This document shows positions 13,601-22,950 of a stretch of 49,087 nt of DNA, one piece after another. Under the pieces are notes generated by a model. That model was not told where the DNA came from, made no database searches, and saw only the letters and a program-made list of their open reading frames with translations. Position numbers and translations under genes: made by a program. The stretch covers positions 2,644,744 to 2,693,830 of the forward strand of contig NC_068986.1 of NCBI RefSeq assembly GCF_001194135.2. The letters run 5' to 3'. Positions within the stretch are counted from its first letter, which is position 1; every line of letters starts with the position of its first letter. The DNA is from Octopus bimaculoides. Lineage: Eukaryota.

Positions 13601-14577
13601 TTGTGTGTGTGTATGTATGTATATATATTTATATAGGAGAATTTGTTGTTGAAAATGCACTGAATTTGAAAAACATATAGTTGTTTTTAAATAGATTTAT
13701 TCACATACATACCAAATGTGAACATTTGATCATTTAAACATGCTTGTTTGATTTCTACTTTCTAATTTTAAACTGTGTTAAAATCCCATTGTTTTATATA
13801 CATTTCTACCATTGATGGACAAAAAAATTGTTGACACTAGTTTGGTATGTATGTGAATGAGTCTCTTCAAAAATAACTACATGTTTTTCAAATTCAGGTG
13901 CATGTTTAAAAACAAATTCTCCTTCTTTCCATATATTTATATATATATATGTATGTATACATACATACACACAGTGGACTTCTTTCAGTTTCTGTCTACC
14001 AAATTCACTCAAGGCTTTGGTCTGCCCATGCTATAGTAGAAGGCACTTACCCAAAGTGTGTGTGTGCATACGAATTGTATAAGTTATTTCTCATTTAACT
14101 TACACCACTGGGCTTAAAAGAACAGAGATGGAGAAAAACATATTTAATATCTTTCACATTAATGTTATGTTCTGTTTATACAATTTTATCCTTTCTTTGT
14201 TATAGCAACTCAGATGAAAACCCACAGAATATGGTGAAGGAAAATCCAAAAGTTCCTTGCATTGTTTGTTCGGATGTGTCCAGTGAGATTTATTGTGGGC
14301 TATGGGTTTGCCGAAGCTGCTGCACTTTCTTCCAGTTCAGTATTACTAACAACCGCAGCGAGAGTTACAAGTGCAAGTACAACAACCACTGCATTGTGAA
14401 CAAAACCAGCCGAGTATTGTGTCATCACTGCCGTTTCAAGAAATGTCTGATTGTTGGAATGATTAAAGAAGAGAAGTAAGCTGCTTTAATGTCTTTAAAC
14501 TATGCAATTCTGCAGAAAATATCTATAGAGTTTAGCATCTCTCTCTCTCTCTCTCTTTTCTCTCTCTCTCTCTCTCT

Positions 14578-14617
<40 letters not shown>

Positions 14618-14672
14618 CTNNNNNNNNNNTCTCTTTCTCTCTCTCTCCCTCTCTCTTTTTCTCTCTCTCTCT

Positions 14673-14703
<31 letters not shown>

Positions 14704-15905
14704 CCTCTCTCGCTTTCTCTATCTCTCTCTGGCTGGGTAACCATGCACCTCCTCTACAGCAAGACATTTGTTTCTTTCTCTCTGTCACTTTCTGACCTTT
14801 CATCATCTGATACAAGATCACTTCCTCCAATGCCCCACTCCCCTCTCAAAGATTCCTTGTCTTGCAAGTCACTTGGTAACCCTGCCAGTGCTGGTGCGAC
14901 TTAAAAAGCATCCAGTTCACGCTGTTAGTCACATTGGTGCTACCATCTTCATTTTTGCTACTCTTATGATCAAATTGCCGCAAACATACTTTATGGCTCT
15001 ACTTACTGTATGTACCCTTGTTTTTAAGATAGGTACACCATGTTCTGAGTGTTGGCAACATGAAGACAACGTCAGAAAGACTGTCTAACCCATGCTAGCA
15101 TGGGAAAACTGACATAAAATTGTGTGGGTATATTTACACACACATGTATGTGTGTGTGTATGTGGATGTTCCTGAATGTTGATATTTCAATTTTTATTGT
15201 TTGAATGAAACAGTGTTGATGTCTTGTTGACATTGTGACTGATGGCTCGACACTTTCAAATATCTGTGAAATATAAAAATCCCATTCTCCTGAAAAACAG
15301 GCGAGGGTTTGTGACAGGAAGAGCATCCAGTTATTAAATCCTGCTCCCAAATCCATTTCTGTCAAAGTCATAGCATGGAAAAAAAAAACATATTATAACA
15401 AATAAACTATATATATGATTATGTGTATCAACAATTTTATTATTTTCTTCTTTTTTTCTTTTAGCACTACAAATAACTATGAAAAAAAGAAGCTTTTGTG
15501 TAACCCACGTCACTTTCCGTGTAAAGTTTGTGGAGATCTTGCATCTGGTATACATTATGGCCATTTCATTTGTGAAGGCTGTAAAGGATTTTTCCGTCGT
15601 AGCATACGCAAGAAAATGGTTTATTTGTGCATAAGCAAAAACTGCATAATCAATAAGTTCACAAGGACTCGTTGTGCCTACTGTAGGCTACAAAAATGTT
15701 TGACTCTTGGCATGTCCAAAGAAGCCAGTCGAAAGGGCCGGCGAACAAAGGAAAACCAAATGAAACTAATGAGCCAACCCCGTGAAGAATGCAAAATGTA
15801 TGAGGAGTACACAAACCTAAACTCTGCACCTAGACCATGGCCCAGTAACGCAATACCACAGAGGGAACCAGTGGAGTATATTGAAGATGCTGATCAACCT
15901 AAAAT
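663..15905 (+). CDS. Multi-DBD nuclear-receptor-like protein (13 C4 zinc-finger DBDs, no LBD seen). Visible CDS is join(663..9455,11696..12053,12676..13001,14206..14475,15465..15905), 10188 nt, 3396 aa; 5' exon(s) outside the window
   Basis: All junctions are GT-AG and frame-compatible (phases 2/2/0/2/2). Thirteen copies of C-x2-C-x13-C-x2-C...C-x2-C-x4-C-x3-G[ML], with the usual [DY]x5[YF]G and FF motifs largely retained. Confidence 0.88.
6655..6678 (+). other. AT-hook motif RKRGRPRK
   Basis: Matches the R-G-R-P AT-hook core with basic flanks. A second copy, KRGRPPK, is at 7138-7158 directly after DBD6. Confidence 0.7.
11696..12053 (+). CDS. Multi-DBD gene exon with DBD10 (11748-11948; P-box CFPCRS)
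   Basis: tttttag|T acceptor (phase 2) and AGG|gtaatg donor (phase 0). [21 protein letters not shown]...[14 protein letters not shown]. Confidence 0.9.
12125..12370 (+). mobile_element. Degenerate tRNA-derived SINE in an intron of the multi-DBD gene
   Basis: Shares the TCCTTGAGCAAG...CTTCATTTCA...TGCTCCAG core with copies at 19725, 26789 and 31927. Confidence 0.6.
12676..13001 (+). CDS. Multi-DBD gene exon with DBD11 (12682-12882; P-box CHNCRV)
   Basis: ttttacag|AAC acceptor (phase 0) and AA|gtaagt donor (phase 2). [21 protein letters not shown]...[26 protein letters not shown]. Confidence 0.9.
14206..14475 (+). CDS. Multi-DBD gene exon with DBD12 (14258-14461; P-box CRSCCT)
   Basis: ttgttatag|C acceptor and AA|gtaagc donor; 270 bp, phase 2-2. 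Confidence 0.88.
15465..15905 (+). CDS. Multi-DBD gene exon with the canonical DBD13 (15520-15714; P-box CEGCKG)
   Basis: cttttag|C acceptor (phase 2). [37 protein letters not shown]...[24 protein letters not shown]. Ends either at donor AT|gtaagt (15905) or at TAA 15907-15909. Confidence 0.9.
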
Positions 15906-16529
15906 GTAAGTTGTTTTCTAATCTACACTGACATCTCATAAGTAAATAGACAGCATCGTTTTTTGTAAAATTTATTCCTCCTTTCTTCTTTGGATATTTG
16001 CCGGTCAAAGAAGAGGTTTTCCTTCCAGCTGTTCTGCCATAGTAGCCAAGTTGGTGAAGATACTTCACAGAAGTATTCTTGCTCATTTAGAGTTGCTCTG
16101 TGACATCAGCTACCTTGCAACTGGGATTATTTTCAGCAATCCTTTCAAGTTATTTTTCAGTTTCAATATTTTGGCTTCATTTTGTAGGTGGTCTGTGTGC
16201 TGTTTCATGTTATTTGTGTGATATTATTTAAAGTAATCACCCAGATTAGCAGAGGAGACAAGAAATAACTTTAGATTCTCGATCAGGCCAAACAAAGCCT
16301 TATGAGTGGATTTAGTCAACGGAAACTGAAAGAAACCTGTTGTATATATGTATGTGAGCACGACCTTATGATTGTGAGCCACGTACCCTAACCATTAAAT
16401 CTTGCACCTTTACAAGAGATGCCTGCATTCACTATAAGGCAATCTTAAATAGTAACTAGATTTTAGAGCCTTCACAAAAGATGGTACAATACCTTTATCA
16501 ATCCTATAGCACATAGAGTTAATGATATA

Positions 16530-16750
16530 GGAGTGTATTAAGTTTTGGCACAAGGGCAGCAGTATCAGGAGAGGGATAAGTCGATAATATCGACCCCAGT
16601 CCTCAACAGGTACTTATTTTATCAACTTCGAAAGGATGAAAGCAAAGTCAGCCATGGCGGAATTTGAACTTGGAGTTTGAAGATAGACAAAATGCTGCTA
16701 AACATTTCCCCTGGCGTGCTAATGATTCTGCCAACTCGCCGCCTTACAAT
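16530..16750 (-). mobile_element. SINE of the family with core GGTACTTATTTTATC...GAAAGGATGAAAG...GGCGGAATTTGAACT
   Basis: Reverse complement of the TSD-flanked copy at 28847-29068; a further partial copy near 34320-34450. Confidence 0.7.
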
Positions 16751-17052
16751 AGAAGAATATTATATATATCAACAGTTTTGTTCCATTGTTAAGATTGTTT
16801 ACTTATAGACATAACATTTCAAATAAATAAGATTGGTCGATTTTTGGTTTTAGGTACATATTTCTGCTGGTTTGATAATGAAACCAAAACGGCATGCCTT
16901 TGTTCATTATGGCGGGATTTCAAGTCCCTTCCCATGAACTGTGAATTCTAAACACACACTCGGACACATCTCGTACATGTTTTAAAATACTTATCGGTCA
17001 ATTTTCTTACGATTAATCTAAATGTTGCTGTGATTGTTTAAAACATTGCATA

Positions 17053-18377
17053 TGTAAGGGAACCGACGTCGGGGTCACCAATTGTAAGGGTCGACCGTGC
17101 GAACTCAAAAAGGAGATATGGTGACGAATGGAAAAACAGAGGACTCCTTTTATTTAAACGTGTCACACGGTCGAACATACAAATATATATCAAAGATGAT
17201 ATATAGATGATATGTTATACGACGATAACATAGATGACCAGTAATGAAAGACCACAACCGTATTAGATGAATAACAGAGATATTTATTGTAGCGTTAAAG
17301 ATGTATGTCTGTGTGAGAGTGTGAATGCGACATATAAGAACATAATCAAAGACAGGCCGTCATACAAAGAAAAGTGTGTATGTGAGTGATACATGTGTGA
17401 GTTATTACAGCAGATAGAAAGAGTCAGTAAATGACNNNNNNNNNNNNNNNNNNNNNNNNNNNNNNNNNNNNNNNNNNNNNNNNNNNNNNNNNNNNNNNNN
17501 NNNNNNNNNNNNNNNNNNNNNNNNNNNNNNNNNNNNNNNNNNNNNNNNNNNNNNNNNNNNNNNNNNNNNNNNNNNNNNNNNNNNNNNNNNNNNNNNNNNN
17601 NNNNNNNNNNNNNNNNNNNNNNNNNNNNNNNNNNNNNNNNNNNNNNNNNNNNNNNNNNNNNNNNNNNNNNNNNNNNNNNNNNNNNNNNNNNNNNNNNNNN
17701 NNNNNNNNNNNNNNNNNNNNNNNNNNNNNNNNNNNNNNNNNNNNNNNNNNNNNNNNNNNNNNNNNNNNNNNNNNNNNNNNNNNNNNNNNNNNNNNNNNNN
17801 NNNNNNNNNNNNNNNNNNNNNNNNNNNNNNNNNNNNNNNNNNNNNNNNNNNNNNNNNNNNNNNNNNNNNNNNNNNNNNNNNNNNNNNNNNNNNNNNNNNN
17901 NNNNNNNNNNNNNNNNNNNNNNNNNNNNNNNNNNNNNNNNNNNNNNNNNNNNNNNNNNNNNNNNNNNNNNNNNNNNNNNNNNNNNNNNNNNNNNNNNNNN
18001 NNNNNNNNNNNNNNNNNNNNNNNNNNNNNNNNNNNNNNNNNNNNNNNNNNNNNNNNNNNNNNNNNNNNNNNNNNNNNNNNNNNNNNAAACTGGACCGAGA
18101 CAAATTTGGCCGCCGAGTTAAAGCTATTTATAACAAATTATTGGCTCACCAGATGGTAGAAATATACTCTATCACGTGACCTTATTAGGGGTCGTGATTG
18201 GTCAGTTTGCGTTCTGGCGGGAACGGTTCGAAGAAGTTGCCGATTCGAATAATGATCAGTCACGTGATGACAAGGTTAATGTTTTCCCCTACGTTCGCGT
18301 TTGTTTATATTTAAAGGAAGATTGTATGTAATGGCGATAGTAGTTTGTATCTAATGGCGCTAGGTAGTTTCACTACA
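17053..18377 (-). mobile_element. LTR retrotransposon remnant with tRNA-Trp primer-binding site (Ty3/Gypsy-like)
   Basis: Minus strand begins TGTAGTG (18377) and ends CCCTTACA (17053). 4-bp TSD CATA at 17049-17052 and 18378-18381. PBS TGGTGACCCCGACGT at 17080-17066. TATAAATA near 18130 and AATAAAA near 17152 on the minus strand. Interrupted by a 651-N gap. Confidence 0.8.
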
Positions 18378-18885
18378 CATACATCGACCAAATTCAAATG
18401 TACGTGTGAATGTAATTGTCAATCAATCTGGTTATATATCTCCTACATCTTCCTACCACCTACTCTAGCTCGTTCTTGCAACTCTGGTTGGATAAAAAGA
18501 ACTTTATTTTAATATGAACAAGACAATGAATACACTATGAATAGCAAATCTATTCAATTTGACAACCAGATTTTTTTAATTAATTTTTTTCTTTCAACAC
18601 TTTGAAACTTTGGATACTGGTAGAATGTGTCACCATAGCCTCTGAAATGCAGTTAAGGCGATCAGTGAGTGCTATTTCCTCTTTCTGTTTGGTCCCCCCC
18701 CCTCCATGACCCTTCGCGTGAAATACTTTAGGTGACTTAGTATACTCTATGAGGGTGATTAATGTGAGAAAATGACGTTTTCATTTTCCTTGTCCTTTTC
18801 CATAGTGCTACTTGCCTCCGTCTACAACAAACAATTCCCACCATAGTAGTTTTCAGGGTCATGTGATCAGAATCAGTTGATATAG

Positions 18886-18921
<36 letters not shown>

Positions 18922-18929
18922 GACAATGT

Positions 18930-19500
18930 TGATGATCTAGAAGCTAAACACTATGGAGAGCATCCAGCAAACAGCTAATTCCATCCACCAGAGTATTAAA
19001 GTAACAATAACCTGCCCTGACAAGCACCCGGACTATAGATTACCTGTTCTAGACATGGCACTCTGGCTAGAAACGAAGAACGGTGAGGTCCAGTGCCTTC
19101 ACTCCCATTATGCCAAACCCATGGCCTCTAAGAACCCTGTTCACAAGAACACAGCTATTGCGGACAACTCCAAGTTCCACATTCTTATAGCTGACTTGGT
19201 GAGAGTGATGAGGAATGCGTCTCGCATGTGTGACCTTATGGAATTGGAAAGACACATACAACACTTCATCCGCCCGCATGCAGTTCTCTGGCTACAATCA
19301 AAGGAGCAGGATTAGAGTGTGCACAGGAGCCAGGACTAAGTACAAAGTCAACATAGAAAGTGTTGCTAAGGAGATCTGCCTGCTGTACAGGAGTCAATCC
19401 TGGAACAGCACAGAAAGGAGCAGAAATAAGATAGAAAAGAAGTTCAGCGGGGAATATTCATCTAGAGTTGTGCTCTTTGAAAAAAAATCAGTATCTTTAC
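18930..19500 (+). pseudogene. Degenerate Penelope-like retroelement RT C-terminal fragment
   Basis: ITCPDKHPDYRLPVLDMALWLE...HSHYAKPMAS...K..IL..DL.R..RN.S resembles the thumb region of Penelope-like RTs as I recall it; frameshift near 19270. Confidence 0.6.
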
Positions 19501-19724
19501 AGTATAAGGCATGGATCTCAAACAAAAACTCACATCACTCAGATCTCTAGACATCTCGGAAAACTACATGGGTGAAAAATTTCTTGGTGGGCCACAAAAG
19601 ACCCAAGAATTGGGACAGGCTGCTAACTCTCACAACTTGAGAGCATTGTATAACAATCGGAAAGGTGTGTTTGATCCCCAAAGGAGTGGTACTGGACCTA
19701 TTCTTTCTAACAGATGTTTTTATG

Positions 19725-19840
19725 CATAGCCTAGTGTTTAAGCTGCTACACTCCCGATCACTAGATTGTGGGTTCGATTTCCTGACAGGGCAACGCGTTG
19801 TGTTCTTCAGCAAAACACTTCATTTCACTTCGCTCCAGTC
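19725..19840 (+). mobile_element. tRNA-derived SINE 5' part
   Basis: A-box-like TAGCCTAGTG, B-box GGTTCGATT, then GCGTTGTGTTCTTCAGCAAAACACTTCATTTCAC shared with other copies. Confidence 0.7.
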
Positions 19841-20073
19841 CCCTTTTGATCAGCGGGGTGGTGTCATTTGAAGGCTAAAACAATGCAAAAGCGCATTGTG
19901 ACCAGCGATGTGCAACAACATCTGATAGCCTTGTTGATCACATGATAATCGTAATATACATAATCTGAAAGGTATTTGTAAAAAATTTCATTTCGAAATA
20001 CCCATTTTTCTGAAAGTTACGAGGAAAGAGATCCGACTTGTGTAAAACTTCTTAAACCACTCTTTCTTCTTCT

Positions 20074-20104
<31 letters not shown>

Positions 20105-20434
20105 TTCCACAATGAATTCCGATATAATTGGTCTGTACCCAATTCTTGAGCGTATTTATAGAAAATTTCGTTTAAACAAATATCAATTTTTCCGAAAGAT
20201 ATGACGAAATAAAGTTAGCGGGGCGGGGTGGGGGACACACGTATGTGTGTGTCTGCTTAAGTTTGTGCATTTATTTTGTTTCACTTTGTGAATCAATAGT
20301 ATGTGACAATTTAGCTGTGTTTCCTTCTATTGTTATGTGTACATAAATCAACATTGTAGCAGGAGGTCGAGCAAAATGCATGCATGTATGTATGTATGTA
20401 TGTATGTATTGTCTTAGCTATTCTAACAGCTAAG

Positions 20435-20719
20435 GCATACCTCAATTTACGTCGGTAATATGCGACGAAGTTCAAAAAACGACGTAATACGAAAAAGCAA
20501 TGATAATATTTTACATATTATCTGATTTTCCACTTCCTTATTGGTTTTTAACTCTTTTTAAATTTGAATTCTTATGCTTTTAAATATGTTTGCTGAGACC
20601 GACGTAAAGTCGGATAAAACGATTTCAGTTGAGGTTTTATTTTTTTACCTATAAATTTCTTACAAATAAAACGGATGTCGAAAAAGACGTAACTCGAAAC
20701 GACGTACATTGAAGTATGC
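20435..20719. mobile_element. MITE-like element with about 20-bp terminal inverted repeats
   Basis: GCATACCTCAATTTACGTCG ... CGACGTACATTGAAGTATGC (2 mismatches). No clear TSD. Confidence 0.6.
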
Positions 20720-21321
20720 ATGTATATCGTATACGTTTGCACTCATTCACACACACAAGTCATGAAAGAAGCTTAACAGCTTTTCCCCCACCCCACGCTA
20801 ACCTTCATACACCAGCACACACAGCACGACGTCCTTGTTCTCTGTGTCTATTTAAATAAATGCTGAGACATTTCGTCATCACTTGCTGCAGTCTTGCTCT
20901 CTCTCTCACTCAGCGCACATTCTACTCGATCTGGTTTAACTGCCTCTCCTCTTCAACCGGGGACCTTGCAAACTACATGACCTTTACCTCTCTTACTTTT
21001 AGTCTTTTTTTCCCCTAAAAATTCCAGATCCTCACTTTTTTCTCAACATCTAACAATTGATTTTTTTTAAATTCCAAAATTTCTTTGTCTTTTCCTACTA
21101 TATATCGTAATCGTTATCTATTCGGTAATCAAGTTCATCTAATTTTATCTATCTATCTATCCTCTCTCTCTCTCTCTCTCTCTCTCTCCACACACACACA
21201 CACATACAAACATATATATATCCATCCATCTATCCGTAACGCTCTCTCTACATACCCATACATAAACACATCTATATTCTCTTGTTGGCCTAATCTAATC
21301 GATTTTGAATCACTCTTGGCC

Positions 21322-21398
21322 ATGGGATCGGTATTAAACATCGCAGCTTTCGATCCGGATTCCAGGGATGTTGACGATATCATTCAGGATGGAAAGAT
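21322..21398 (+). CDS. SCLY: SCLY exon 1 ([25 protein letters not shown])
   Basis: GCCATGG start context; AT|gtaagt phase-2 donor matches the phase-2 acceptor at 31718. No homology in this part, so it is assigned by position and phase. Confidence 0.75.
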
Positions 21399-22185
21399 GT
21401 AAGTTGGATTCTAAAAACATTATCAGCATCTTTGAGTTCTTTTAGAATTTATTGTTGTTGTCATTGTAAAATGAGCGGGTTTCGATCCTGGTTTCATTTG
21501 GGTGGAATGCCACAAACCCCATTTACACCCGCATATAAATATTAAGGCCTTGTACTTATTAATCAGAATTGTACGACGAATGCCGAAGATTAATTTTTTC
21601 CATTACGGAGATGTACTTGCATAGCAAGTGACCTGATCTGAGATCGTGTGCTGGAACGCAATTTTTACCTTTTTTTTTTTTTCTACCTGTAATTTTTTAC
21701 CTTTTTGAAACTAATTCGTCTCGCTTGAACCAGCGATGGAACCTCCTAGGTCAGGCATGGGCAACCTTTCGTTCTCGAGAACCGGACCGCGTGAAACATG
21801 GCTCAGCATCAGGTGGGCCGCACTACTAAAAAAAGAAAATTCAAGGCAATTTTTCGTTAGACGCACCATTCAGAACGTCCGACGGGCCGCGGGTTGCCCG
21901 TGACTGTTCTTATGTGGTTGGTTGCTAAAATACGTGCTAAAGTCGCAGCTGAATATCCTTAAGAACATATTCTGTTAAAAAAAAATAGGAAGGCATGGTC
22001 ACAGCTGGAACGCCTTTGATCGTATATCTGCTCACTACTCAGGCCTGATCAGAACTAAACTACAAAAAAACGTCATCTCCTTCATATCACCAGTGGCCCT
22101 TCGAAAGGCATCAACATCACCTTTTTTGCATTTCATTTCTCAAAAATATTTCAGGTTTCCCGAAATATGTATGTCTGTATGTGTG

Positions 22186-22217
<32 letters not shown>

Positions 22218-22895
22218 TGTATGTATGTATGTATGTATGTATGTATGCATGTGTGTGTGTCTGTGTGTATTGTATGAATCAGCTAAACAGCAATCTTCTA
22301 TGTGGCTATTTGGCCTGCTAAAATAGCATACTCTATTTTCTGATGTAATCTCTAATATACAAACATGACGAGATGGTCACCACTCAATTGGGTTTCCCAC
22401 CCCCATAGGTCTCCTCGATCGGGGTATCCTAGAGATAAGTAACAACCAATTATTGTTCTAATTTGGTTTTAAGTTGCCTTCAAGCATTTTCCTGGTGTAT
22501 AAGTATTTTCAGCGGTGTTTATTCGCTTCACGAAATAATTACGTTTCAAATGATTTTACGCGAATGTTACAGTAACATTTCAATTATGCTTATGTGATAA
22601 TTGCTGAAATAGAATAAATACTGTGAAATGGTGATATTCTTTCCATTTTTGATTACAGATTAAAGTGTAAATATTGTCACTATTCGGCTGTGTCCAAGCG
22701 GATGTTTCCAATAGGCACCCCAACATGTCTTTTCAAAATTTCTTCGGATTACTATGTTTTCAAGGCATGCCTACACAAGTGTGCACCCCGACTTTGTTTC
22801 TTCATAGCTTCCAGAAAAATGGACACACATCACAAAATGAAACGTATAATTTCGAAAAGAATTCTGATGTGTCTGTATATATGTGCGAGCCCACC

Positions 22896-22950
<55 letters not shown>

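Noticed and set aside
663-15905. Naming the gene as a known receptor (RAR, TR, E75, knirps or 2DBD-NR)
   Set aside because: Only DBD13 resembles canonical receptors and no LBD is visible, so orthology cannot be assigned without a tree.
11658-15909. Treating the four downstream DBD ORFs as separate small genes or pseudogenes
   Set aside because: They have no plausible starts, and their splice sites chain in frame with each other and with the giant exon. A single gene is more parsimonious, though not proven without transcripts.
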